From: Hydrolagus colliei
Taxonomy: Eukaryota
Assembly (NCBI GenBank): GCA_035084275.1
Contig: CM068743.1
Location: 92,690,001 to 92,754,000, forward strand
Length of the DNA: 64,000 nt
Reading direction: 5' to 3'
Part shown: positions 24,921 to 37,650 of the stretch, in pieces
How positions within the stretch are numbered: position 1 is the stretch's first letter
Layout of the letters: each line of letters opens with the position of its first letter
Made by a program: the position numbers and the translations under genes
The notes under the pieces: generated by a model
Told to the model about the DNA's origin: nothing
The model's input: only the letters and a program-made list of their open reading frames with translations
The model's database searches: none

Positions 24921-25344
24921 CCCCATGAGGCCCCATGTTACAAATTTGAGCTTAAAATCTTGGCTGACACTCCGGTGTAGGGTTTAGGGAGCACTGCATT
25001 GTCAGAGGTGCCAGTCCTCGGATGAAAGGTAACATTTTCATGTTAAAGATGTCATTAGCATAATGTGAAATTAGAAGGGAGTTTCACCCAGGGTCCTGGC
25101 CGACAATCCTCCAGATAAAAATGGTCATTCATTTCATGGCTGTTTGGTAGACCTTTGTGCAAACGTATTGCCCTGTTTGCTTACAAACGCACATTCTCCT
25201 CTGAGCTTTGAGTCATTTCAGCGACATGATAAGGTGCTATATACAATGAGCAGTTATTATTACTTTGTTTACTGCATTGTGAGTGAGCACTTCAATAAAA
25301 AATATTAGCATTTTAAAATATTTTGGCCATGATATCTGCTCTCT

Positions 25345-25442
25345 CACTTCTCCTCACCCCCATCCACTCCTCCCCCCTCCCCACCTCCTCCTTCTCCTCC
25401 CTCTCCCCTCCTCCCTCTCCCCCTCTCGACCCCCTTCCTCCC
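25345..25442 (+). repeat. Polypyrimidine (CCT/CT-rich) low-complexity tract
   Basis: Direct reading. Confidence 0.75.
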
Positions 25443-27917
25443 AGCATAACAATGAATGAAATGATTCCCATTACTGCAACACTCCACAGCTGAGGAACCA
25501 GGTCAAAAAATCAACATTGAGCTTTAGCTCATACCTGGCACTTAGTGGGGGTGGGGAAAGCCTTAAACTATTTATACAGAGCTGGAAAGAAATTTTATAA
25601 CATAGCTGAGTGACCGGGAGCATGCTTAGAGTGATGTTGACATTACTTAATGACTGAGAAATGTTTTGGCACAACATTTATCTATTGCTGACCTCCACAA
25701 ATTAACTACCTGACTCATCTTCATAATGAAGTCGAAACTTAGAACTGGCACCCCAGATAGCAATTCCAAATTGCATTTCCTGCTGTCCAATTTGTGACCT
25801 TCCTTAACCAATTCATTGTGCTATTTTACATGGCATAGAAGCAATAACAGCTTTTAATCACACATTTCAAACCTTTTCACACTTTACTTTAAAATATATT
25901 TTGATTCTGTGTCAATCCTGTGAAGCGCTTTGAGACGTCTCAAAGATGTGATAAGGTGCTATAATTAATGCAAAAATTATTTATTAATTAACACAAGGAA
26001 TTGAATAAGGAAGGTGACTAAATTTGACAATGTGAAGGAAAGAATTTATCACACAAAGATAGCAGCCAAACCAATCTGCCACAAAATTCTATTCTATTCT
26101 ATTCTATTTAAATTCTAGTTTGTTACCTTTTGTGAAGCTCAGTCTGAATATTCTATTTTGTGGTAATTTTTAAAAATAAAAAAAGTATGTAATATAGATG
26201 TAGAAAGGAGATGTGTAGCCAAAGGATAAAAATGGATGAAATATTCCATAAACTCAATAAGATATAACATTAGGTGCAGGTAAGGTAAAAGAGGAAAGGG
26301 AGTTGGAGACTTTGAAAAAAATTATCTTTAATATTTAAAGATTAAAAAGATCTTTTGAGTTTAAACCTGAAGGGAAAAGTTGCAAAAAAAGATACTTTTC
26401 AAGTGAAGACCAGTCAGGCAGAAATAAATCAAAATCACATAATCATCAATTTACTATAGGAATAAGAATGACTGTATTTATAAAAATATACCATTGGAAT
26501 TTCCCCCAAATTTATCCCTCTTCCTCACTGTGTTCCTATGTTAGGGAAATAGAATATTTTCATCTATGGAATATGTCCATGGTTTCTGACATCTGTTATG
26601 CTTTTCACTAGAAATGACAACAACAACAACAAAATTACACTTGTACAGTATAGCGCTTTTCACGTCAGGAGGACGTCACTAGGCATTGTTTCAGACCCGA
26701 GCTGGGGATGGAGGGTGGAGGGAAAGAGGGGATTTGGAATGGCCAATGGGACCGTCGAAGAGTAGGGTCTTAACTCGGGACTTGAAGGAGGCCAGGGAGG
26801 GGGCGAGGTGGGATGGAGTTCCAGAGGTTACAGTGGAAGAGTCAAACTTCACTCCCCCATATTTGGCTGCCGCGTTTCGCCCACAAATATACAGTCAATT
26901 TTCCTACTCTTCTTCGTCCCCCCTACTGTTGTCACTACGTAACTGTATAGCACCTTGGGACATCCTCTTGACATGAAAGGTGCTATATAAATGTAAGTTT
27001 TGATTGATTGATTGATTGATTGAAGCCAGTGTTTTTTTTAATATGACTGAATCATTAAGGGAGAGTATCAGAGGGTATTCTATACAAATGTAATTTTGTT
27101 GTTGTATTCAAAAATGGGTTACTAAGCAAATACGTTATTAATTATTTGAAGAGATGTCCTAAACCAATTAGCCTTGATGAAGTAGGTGGCACCAGAACAT
27201 CTTGTAGCACCATTTCCTGTTTTAATGCTAGGTGCAAGAGGATGGTACATTATTTGATTGCATGCCAGTCTTGTCTCTAGTTGCTTTGGGTTTCAAGTCC
27301 CACAAAAGCACATGTAATGAAACACTCAAAAACATGGCTATTTAAAAAAAAAGTAATGCAATAAGAAACATATCTTAAAGTGGAATATTTCCCTTTAATT
27401 AAAATTTTCACAGTTGTGGGTTAGACATTTTCTTAGCCGCCTGGATAAAACGTGCTTCTCTAATTGATGCTATGGGAGAATAATCCCTTTCATGGAATAC
27501 AGTATTATGATGAGGTTCTGCAGTGACCTTATCCTTGAACACATATTGAAAAAGGATATAAGGCTGAATAAAAGGTTAAAAATAACTTGAGGTTTGGTTC
27601 TACAATAAGTGGATGTCATCTTAGTTGTCAACTTTGTTCCAATAATTAGGTGCTGAATATAACATTGTGCTGCTTGGCCTAGCCTCCAACATTAAAAGCA
27701 ATGAGCAGAGCTGATAAGATGACGGGCATTTCCATAAGATCACAAGAGAGGTTCAAATAAAATCAGCACTTTAGCCTATATGATTATAGCTTCCAGAAAC
27801 TCAACCAAGCTTCTTCCCATTAAAGCATGTAGCTACTGCATTTCTTAAAAGAGTCTTATGGTCCTGGCCTCTACCACCCTTCCTGGTAACCAATTACAGC
27901 TATTAATTACCTCTAAG

Positions 27918-28780
27918 TGTCAGCTTGGCTTAGTGGTAGCCGACTTGCTTCTGAATCAGAATGTTGTGGGTTTAAATCCCACATCAGGAGTTGGGAATCA
28001 CATAGTCTTGGAATCACGTTGTCAAACGCTCCAAAGTGGTGCTGGGGATGGGCTGCATTGTTGGACATGTCATTCTTTGGATGAGACATTAAAATCAAGC
28101 CCGTCTGCCTGTTCAGGTGGATGTTAAAGATCCCATGGCACTGCAGGTAGACCCCGCTTAACGTCACAGTTTGGTTCTTGAAAAGTGCAATTTTAAGTGA
28201 GACGACATTAAGCGTATACATTTTTCCCACAAGAATGAATGTAAAAACTGGAATTAGGTTATTTTGGACATTTTTTGTCCAAATTTTGTTTAAAACAACC
28301 CATAATACTCACTCCCTGACAGCCTGCCCGGCTCACTCACTCGCTCCCTGACTGCGTGCCTGGCACACTCGCTGCCTGCTAACTCTCTCTCTCGCTGCTG
28401 GCCTGGCTCACTCCCAGGTCCTAGCACCGCTGTGCCTCCTTTCCATCCGTGCGAACGACGTAATAGCAAACATCGCAATGTTACATATGTTCCCAATGTA
28501 TCAGCAACGTAATAACGAAATAACGTTAAGCGGGGTCTACCTGTATTTGAAAAGAGATGTTAGTTTCTCCTGAGGTCCTGGCCAACAATCCCCAAAATAA
28601 AATTTGTGATTCATTCCATGGCTGTTTGTGGGACATTGCTGTACACATCTAGCTACTGCATTTCATCCACAAAATACACAGTCACTGCACTATATAGTAT
28701 ATCATGTGAAGCACTTTGAGACATCTCAATGAAGTGATAAGGCACCATATCAAATGCAAGGATTGATTATTATTTATTAT
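27918..28780 (+). mobile_element. DeuSINE carrying a nested MITE
   Basis: TGTCAGCTTGGCTTAGTGGTAGC head; GATCCCATGGCAC[insert]TATTTGAA; GGCTGTTTGTGGGACATTGCTG; tail ATCAAATGCAAGGATT. Confidence 0.8.
28144..28543. mobile_element. Tc1/mariner (Tigger/pogo-like) MITE, 400 bp
   Basis: Perfect 21-bp TIR CAGGTAGACCCCGCTTAACGT / ACGTTAAGCGGGGTCTACCTG; flanks TG (mutated TA) and TA. Confidence 0.9.
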
Positions 28781-29819
28781 TCTGTGCAAAGTAATATTTC
28801 CTTGTAAATGCATTTACTTGCATTAAATGCAAGTACTTTCAGATATGCAACAAGCAATAAGCCAAGTATTTGCTGCCGCGTTTCGCCCACAAATATACAG
28901 TCAATTCACTTTACAGTATATTCTGTGAAGCACTTTGGGATGTCTAGAAGACATGAAAAGCACTATATCAAATGCAAGGATTATTATTACTGTTCTGGGT
29001 TTCCTTTTTCTAGCTCATTTACTAACTCTTAACTTCTAAGTACCTCTATCCCCCTCTGGAGATGTCTCTTTTCAAAGCAGATGTTCTCTAGTTATTTAAT
29101 TGTTCCTCATTGCTTGTCCCTCTGGAAGTGGGGATCTGGGCATTGGGGATCTTATTTGATGATATAGAACAGAACTCAATATTTCAGATGCCCTAACCAG
29201 TGAAACACAACAGCTTGAAACAAAAGCTACAAAACACTACAGCTTGATCATGACATTTGGCAATCTCAATACATTGTATCCAGCATTCTGTGTACCCTGT
29301 TTATTGCTACCCCATATTATTTGAACATTGTGATTGACGAGTTAATTAACGTCTCACAACTTGCCTTTAGGCATGTTCTATCCTTTCCTGCATCTCCTAT
29401 TACTCACTTGTAACAATTCAAGTTTGAAGACAGTGCAGAACTCGTGGCTTCTGTTGCTAGGGCAGTTATTATAAAATAGGAGTAAATAATCTTAAATATA
29501 CAACTGAAAGTTGAGCATTTTTTGTTTGAATGACAATAGGTCATTTTGACCTTGTAAATTCTTCTAACCCCTTTGACCTGTGATCCCCTCCACTTTGCTA
29601 GTTTATGCTTGTTATGTGTCTCCTCACCCATTCCTACCACCATCAGTGGCTGACACTTCAATAACTAGATTTTGGACTTCTGGGATTCTAACTTCAACCT
29701 CTCTAACTTTTGTACATTTTCTTCACAGTACAGAAACAATAAGACAGGTTGTGTCTCTTTTATAATAGTAATAATAATCCTTGCATTTGATATAGCACTT
29801 TTCACCTCTTCTAGACATC

Positions 29820-30146
29820 AGCTCTTGTAGCTCAGTGATTAGAGCACTCGCCTTACAACTGTGAGAACTGTGTTTGAATCCTGGCAGGTCAGGGCGAAAC
29901 CTTGGACAAGTTTACTTACTCCACACGCCTAATAATAATCCGTCCAAAAAAAACCACAATAATAAAATTGATAATTTCAATCCATGACTGTTTGTGGGAT
30001 ACTGCTGTGCGCAATTGGCTGCCACATTTCACCCACAAATATACAGTCAATTCACTTTACAGTATATTCTGTGAAGCGCTTTGAGGCATTGATAAAATGT
30101 GAAAAGCACTATATCAAAATCCAAGGATTCTTATTTATTATTATTA
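29820..30146 (+). mobile_element. Young tRNA-derived SINE
   Basis: Complete head to (TTA)n tail. Confidence 0.88.
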
Positions 30147-30402
30147 TCTCAAAGCGCTTCACAGAATATACTGTAAAGTCAATTGACTGTATATTTTGGG
30201 GTGAAATGCGGCAGTCAATTGCGCACAGCAATGTCCCACAAAATGTCGTGAATTGAAATTACCCATTTATGACTTTTTTTTTAGGGATTATTATCAGGCG
30301 TGTGGAGTAAGGAAACTTGTCCAAGGTTTCGCCCTGCCTGGAATCGAACCCTTGTCTCCCACTTGCAAGGCAAGTGCTCTAACCACTGAGTAACAGGGCT
30401 CC
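30147..30402 (-). mobile_element. Young tRNA-derived SINE abutting the previous copy in inverted orientation
   Basis: GGAATCGAACCC (B box, reverse complement) and GTGCTCTAACCACTGAG (A box, reverse complement). Confidence 0.85.
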
Positions 30403-30764
30403 ACCATAATACTATACTGTAAGGTGAAATAACACTATATTTGTGGGTGAAATGCGGTAAACAATTAGGCACAGCAGTGTCCCATAAACAGTTTGATAAT
30501 GCAGCAGCCAACTGCCCTCTGCCCACACAAGGTGAAACACATTGATCTTAATAAATCATTGATTTGGGGGAAGCTTCAAAGGGCTCAATAGTTCAGAGTG
30601 TGAAATAATTTATTATTGTATTTGGGACAATGACTGTGGAACATTTTACGGTTTCAGCAGATTAACAGAGGAGGGTGAATAATTTGTAAAACAAGTTATC
30701 CCAGACATAATGGGGCCCAATTGTTGACTCCAAGTTACTATTTTTTACTCACGTGGACACATAT

Positions 30765-30810
30765 GCGCGCGCGCACACAGACACACACACACACACACAC
30801 ATACACACAT
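30765..30810 (+). repeat. (GC)n(CA)n microsatellite
   Basis: Direct reading; alternating purine-pyrimidine tract. Confidence 0.9.
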
Positions 30811-32429
30811 GGCTTTTCGATATTAAAATATTGTTGCAGGCTCCAAAATCTTACTTGTTTGAAGTACCAACTAGTCACTATCCTGTGAGTGAAGTCTATT
30901 TGGAGCTGAACCGGTTCCAAGATGTCATGCTTGGCAATGGAATATTGGAATCCAGCTGATCCACTTTGCCAGTTTCTGTTGTTCGATTCCTGAGCTAGAT
31001 GGGATGGGTACACATCACTCTAAGCCACTACTGATGATAGTAGAGCCGATTCTCGCTGAATACAGTACTTAACTGTTCTCCCGACGTGAAAGGTGCTCTA
31101 TAAGTGTAATTTTATTGTTGTGGTTGTAACCCTGTAGTCCTAAAGTAACGGTGATCTTAGTTGGACAAGTGGTGGGAAGCTTGCCAGACAGTGCTAACTG
31201 CTTAGACTCCAGCTATACCCCTAACTCACAGTCTAGGCTCCCCAAGCCTTGGCTCTTGTCAAAATATGCCTATGACTCTCCAGAATTAGGTAAGCAGAGT
31301 ATTTCCTGCCAGGGAGAAAGTGTGTATTCCATTTTGGATACAGGGAAATTTCAATGCACAAGCGCATGCATATGTGGAACTCTCAGTCTGTGGAATTGGA
31401 TACTCTTGTCCACATTTATCAGACATCCAGCTGAACATAAAAGTGAATGAGACATTGGAGGGAAACAGACTGGATTCCAGTAGTAAAATCCTGACAGGCT
31501 GGGAAAACAAGAGAATTAGTGAGAAGAAAACACTAAAAAAAAGTGTCAGCAATGACAAATTTCTCTTTCTTGTTAATATTCTCAAGGCTATACCAATGGT
31601 TATTTATTTATTGTTTAGATCAAACTGGTGACATGTTACAGGAGGGCTGGATGAAATGTGTTCACATGGAATGAATGATTGCAAAAAGGGAAACATGCTT
31701 TTGTTATCTATTGGCTCCAGTCTGCATTATTGTACTGAATGCTCAATCTTATAAACTACACTTCACATAGAAGAGAAAGGGAGCATTTAATGGAATGCAA
31801 AACCTCCAGCCAGAGGTGATTTATTAGTGGGTTAATTGTTGCAAATAGCTGTGCGCTGAAAATTGTATTATATGTGAGGGGTGAAGGAACCCACTGCTAT
31901 ATGTAGCTGAATAGTCAAGCACAATCCACAATGACAAGCCCATTTGAGTACATTTAGAGATAATCCTGCTTGGCAAGCAAGAGCAAACTCAGCAGAACCT
32001 TTCCTAAAGAGATTAAATGGGTTGAGTAGAGTCAGTGGCAGAGTGGATGTATATCTTCTGTGAAAACAAGCTTGAGGGCTAAATGGCCTTTTTTTGTTCT
32101 ATGTTTTCTTGTCTCATACTCTTATTCAATACTGATAGCTCCCAGGGGGAATTTTCTTTCCATTTAATGCTTTTCTTCTGGTATACTGTAATATACTGTC
32201 ATACATTCTTGATGGCACATTGTTCAATAAACAAGCAAACCATGTCACTATTGATGCCCATATTGGAATAAGGGTGATGTGTGCAATACTCTTAATCAAT
32301 ATTTTAAACTTATTTTAATGGTATTAATCTCTTTATTGTTCTTCCTGCACATACTATCATTGAGATGGATGGTCACTGATATTGTTTGTGCTGTAATAGT
32401 TGTTTTTATGTGAATGTGGTATAATACAA

Positions 32430-32845
32430 TAATCGTTGTATTTAATAGAGTAGTTTATCATGTTGTGGAAATGTTTCAAAGTGCTTTACAGGATTTTACT
32501 GTACAATGTAGTAACTGCGGGTTTTGTGGGCAAATGTAGCAGACAATTTGCACACAGCAATGTCGCACAAACTATAATCAAGTGAATGTTTGACTTTATC
32601 TGAGAGATTGCTGGCCAGGATATTGGGGCCAGCTCACTTCCCTTTTCAAACAGCGCCAAGGATACTTTACTGTCCTCATCAAGAAGCAGCACGGACCTTG
32701 ATTTAATATCTAATTTGAAGAACAGCACCTACAGCAATGCAGCCCTCCCCCAGCACTGTATTGGAGTGTCAAAATCCTGACATTGGACTTGATTTCCACA
32801 ACCTTTTGACTCAGATGCGAGAGTTCTATCAACTGAGCCAGGTTG
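32430..32845 (-). mobile_element. Old DeuSINE, near full length
   Basis: Reverse complement of Deu domain (CAATTTGCACACAGCAATGTC) and head (CACAACCTTTTGACTCAGA...CAACTGAGCCA). Confidence 0.7.
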
Positions 32846-34359
32846 AAATACTGATCACTGATTGGGAGGCTTGTTAGAGTACGCACTGTATCTCACCCTT
32901 TATTTTTTAAATGTCCTTATTGTATAGTACCTATCTCTCACTCAGCATGTCCCCATAATATGTGCATCCTGAACCATAAGTTATTGCAGTTGAACATCAG
33001 CAAGACAGAATCTATTTTATTTACAACTTGTATGTGCCTCTGGTTCCATCAAACTCCCAATGCTGCTCACTTAGGCTGAACCAGGTGAACCTTTGTGTTT
33101 GCTTGACCTGTGCGCGGTTGGAAAACCTTACATTTGGTCTATAAACAAGGCTATCTTGAATCTCCAGACTTTGGCGGCCTCCGTCTTTACCTCACCTTCA
33201 CTGAAACCCTTATTCCTGCTTTTGCCACCATAAGAATAGATATTTTCAATACTCCACTCACTGGGTTCTCCAGCTCCATTCTGAGGTATCTTCCAAATCT
33301 GCAATTGGCACCTAAAATATCACTAACAGGGACTGATTTATAAGAGCAACCCTCAATATTTGATATATATAACATCTCTGTAATTACTGTTAAGTGCACT
33401 GACTGTATTTGTGGCCAATATTCCATAAACAGCCAGAAAGTGAATGGACAACTTATTTTATTGGACAATGGCTGACACTCTCTTCTTTATTAGTGTCATG
33501 GTCAAACTTCTGATTCAAAGGACAGCATCTCTGACAACCCAGCACTTCTCCAACACTGCCCTAGAATGCCAGTTTAGTCTAGACAGTGAGCTCAATGTCC
33601 CTCAAGTGGGAATCGAACCCATCATTTTCCTATCCAAAAGTAATGGTGCCACCAAATGAACTAAGCTGATAAATCCACCTTGTGATGATTTGACACCATA
33701 AAGACTCAAATTCATGAAACAAATTAACTGATGGCACAGAAAGGAAAAGGAGATAGTTGATCTTTAATGACTAGGAGCTTAAATGTGATAGTTTTACATT
33801 TGGGAAAGGCTTTTGCTTTTATTTAAGTAGCTGTGATCCCTTCAGGGATAATTTAAGTGGTTTCTAAACATGCCAATACATTTTGGATGCAAGGACACAC
33901 ATACCAGTGGTTGAATTTCTGGAACCTAAGCGTATGAACTGTATTGCAAAGAATGTAAGTGCAATTTTGTTGTTGTTGTTGTTGTAAATTGTGCCCAAAT
34001 TTCACACACAAGCTGTAAATATAAAAGTTGCATTTAAATTATATTAAAATTATGTGATTTCAGCTCATTTACAAAATGATTTCTTTTCTATGCAATTACT
34101 GACTGAGTTTGCCAAAGAGATCAACTGTTATCAGGCACCAGTTACTCGCCATGTCTGCAGGTTTGCATATTATCTATGTTTGATGGTGTGATTGGCAAAC
34201 TAGGTATAGAGCTGCAAAGCACAAATAATACTTCCTACTCTAAATTTAATTAGACCTGAAATTCTCTAGCACCCAATTTTGCCATTATAATCTTTACATA
34301 TGATACAAATAACAGTAGAAATTAATACTCCAGCAATAATCATTGCATGTAATACAGCA

Positions 34360-35060
34360 ACTTGCATTTATATAGTTCCCTTCACATAGGATAGCATCTT
34401 GGAGTGACACAATGTTGATCACATTGTGAAAATATATTAATGCACATCACAGGATTCCCAGTAAAGGGTAGTGAATAGGTGAAAACTGCAGCTAATTTTG
34501 CACACAGCAATGTCTCACAAACAGCCAACAAGTGAATGATTGGTGTTAAATAGGAGATTGATAGCCAGGAGACACAACTAGCTTTCACTTTTTGAATAGT
34601 GCTAGGGAATCTTTACTGTCCATCTGTAGAGGCAGACAGTAACATAGATTGAGTGTCAACCTCGCTCAGTAGTAGCACTCTCACCTCTATGTCAGAAGGT
34701 TGTGGGTTCAAGCCCCATGTCAAAATTTGAACTAGCAATATTCAATATTCAATGCAGTGTTGGAGGAGTACTTGGAGGACTCCTTCGAATGAGACATTAA
34801 ATCAAGGTCCCTTCTGTCTGTTCAGGTGAATGTTAAAGATCATATCCCACAATTGAGGAAGAAAAGGGAACTTCTCTTCCATAACATAAACAACATAAAA
34901 TAAAATTGGCCATTTGTTTTATGGCTGCTTATGGGATATTGCTATGTGCAATTGGACTGTCAGGTTTGCCTACAAATACATAGTCACAACACTTTGCAGT
35001 AAAAATAATGTAAAGCACTTTGGGACTTTCTTCCAACATGAAAAGCATTATACAAAAGCA
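34360..35060. mobile_element. Two old DeuSINEs in divergent orientation (- 34360-34650, + 34653-35060)
   Basis: Deu domain on both strands; head TGTCAACCTCGCTCAGTAGTAGCACTCTCACC at 34654. Confidence 0.7.
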
Positions 35061-35766
35061 ACCATTATTACTCTTATAAGATCTACACCTACAGAAATAA
35101 AGCACTTACAGCTCCCCCAGCACCACACTGGAATGTCAGCCCAGGCTATGAACTCAAAGTCCCGACATTTAGCTTGAATTCACAAGCTTCTGACTCAGGA
35201 CTGAAAGTGCTACCAACAACAACAACAACAGCAAAATTGCACTTATATAGCGTCTTTCACGTCGGGAGGACGTCCCAAAGCGCTGACTGAGTCAAGCTGT
35301 CACATGCTCTGCACCAAGGGGCTATTAGGTCTGATATAGTACCTATCATGTTGAAATATCTCACAAAGCTTCACAAGCAATTTCTAAAAACTACAACAAC
35401 AACAAGAAATTGCATTTATATAGTGCCTGGGATGACTGTGTTGGACAGTCAAAGGTTTGTACCAGAGCTGGGGGTTGATGTGGGAGTTAAGGGGATGGGA
35501 GGATGACTGAAGAACAGTCAAAGTGGAAGATCCTCAGATGGGCCTTAACGGAGGTGAGATGAAAGCATCCTGGGATGGAGCCCCAGAGGATAGACCCAGA
35601 AAGGTTGAAGTCCCGACCGCTAATGTTTGGGAGATGACGGGGGATATGGAGCAGGCCAGTGGTTGCTGACCAGAGGGAACGGGAAGCTTGGTATGAGGGA
35701 GTGAAGAGAGGAGTGGAGGACTTTGAAAATGTGGAGGATGAGAATTGTAAGCTTGATCCTCAAGGG

Positions 35767-36014
35767 CCGTGTTTCCCAACCTTGGGTCCCGACCCAAATC
35801 AGGGTCATGGGGGTCCTCAATAGGGTCGCGAAGAGTCATCAGAAAAACATTTTGTTTCTTTTTTAATGCTGAAAAGTACTCGAGGCAACACCGCCGACCA
35901 ATTTGTACGAAAGATCGTACTGGCGAGTTGCGCTGAGTCCACAAAAGAGACAGAGATATTGTTTCGGCTGAGCTTCGCTTCAGTCGCGATGTCATCCCTT
36001 AAGGGTCTGGAGGA

Positions 36015-36050
<36 letters not shown>

Positions 36051-36066
36051 AGGTTGGGAACCACTG
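35767..36066. mobile_element. hAT (Charlie-like) MITE, 300 bp, inserted in a minus-strand L2
   Basis: TIRs CCGTGTTTCCCAACCTT / AAGGTTGGGAACCACTG; 8-bp TSD CTCAAGGG (35759-35766) / CTCTAGGG (36067-36074); repeated GGGTC subterminal motifs. Confidence 0.88.
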
Positions 36067-37154
36067 CTCTAGGGGTCGGGAGCCAGGGAAGCTGGACGAT
36101 CGACTCACTGAGCTTGGTGCTCAGAGGCCATGAGCTGCTGAGTCCTGAATAATTTGCAGTCTATGGAGGGGAGAGTTGGGAGGTCCAGTTAGCGGGGAGT
36201 TAATATAGTCAGCCTAGACATAATAAAAATCAAGGTAGGTTATCTTTTGTCAGCAGCATCCCACTAACAACCATAAAGAGACTGACCAAATAATATGCAG
36301 GATTAAAAAAAATATATTAAAGAGCCTATCACATGATTTCCTTTTCAACAGCACAAAAATAGGTCTGACGAATATTCCCCTGTCAGCCCGAGAGCTGTCA
36401 ACAAACTTTGAAGAAATAAATCCAAATCATGCTGATTCTCCAATGTAAACAAACACAAGGCTGCATATAGATATCTACAGGTTGGCGTATTTTCAGAATA
36501 CCTGCAAAAGAAAATGTGTTTGGTAAAGGGTTTGTTATTGATGAATGAAGAGGACTGTATAACAGATCTGCTACATTTACTAAACGCCTAGCATTCCATT
36601 TTGGCACTTTCGGAACTTCATTACTCTGATAAGTGCTAGTGCAGCGCTAGTCATGCATAATGATGCATTCACTAATTACTCCAGTGTGTTTCAAGTACCA
36701 TGAAGACCTGATAAGCCATCGACTGAAGCAAACCACCATCCATCACAGCAGTAGATACTGTGATTGCGTTCAATACTCTGGCTATTTTAAGTACGGACTT
36801 GCTATTTTTAAAACCAGGTTTATGGAGCAATGTGTTCTGAAGTGCAGCAAAGAATACATAAATATCAGAGTGGCATTTTTGGGTTAGGTCAATGCACATC
36901 ACTTAAATTTAGGCCTCCATCAATTTATATGCAAGCAGTTTTATTTTTAAAGTGGCCCTCACATTTTACTCTTTATTCTGTACTGATTTAATGCTGTACA
37001 AGTGTAAGTTTGTTGTTGTTGTTATTTCTGGTTTATTGTATTAACACTGATAGTCACTACAGGAACTGTAAATGCATACAATGAAAATCTATTATTGGGG
37101 CAAAACTAGCGGTATTCCTTATTTAATGCTGATGTAGAATAATGGCAATAGAGA

Positions 37155-37168
37155 CCACTAGGTGGCAG
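37155..37168 (+). promoter_or_regulatory. CTCF core motif CCACTAGGTGGCAG
   Basis: Near-perfect match to CCACYAGRKGGCRS in non-repetitive sequence. Confidence 0.65.
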
Positions 37169-37511
37169 CCCATCCCTCCACATTTATAGTTGATCAAGAG
37201 GACGAAGCTGCTGGATCAATAATAATTATTGTTTTGGTTGAGATGGGCATGTATGCAGTCAACTCAGCAATTGTTGGTTGACATCAATTTGTTGACTGGA
37301 CTCTTAACTTGTTACTCTTGTTGTTATTGTTGCCATAATTGATATGAAGCTGCTTCATGGAGCCTATTGCACTGATCTGATGTAAATCATCCTTGCCATT
37401 AGGCAGGAAACTATCTTAATTTAGCCAATTTATATTATTATTAAGCTTATATCAGTTTAGCTTATATCCACCAAGTAGTGGTAGCCATTTATGTCCTCCA
37501 TAGCACAAAAA

Positions 37512-37650
37512 ACATAGGACCATAAGAATATAGAGCAGGAATAGGCCATTCAGCCCCTCAAGCCTGCCCCACCATTCAATAAGATCATCTGCAGATCTTC
37601 TAATCTAACTCCACCTGCCCGCTTTATTCCCATATGCCTTAATCCCCTTT
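37512..37650 (-). mobile_element. CR1 LINE 3' end fragment
   Basis: CATAAGAATATAGAGCAGGAATAGGCCATTCAGCCCCTCAAGCCTGC is the reverse complement of the terminus at 43600-43688. Confidence 0.8.
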
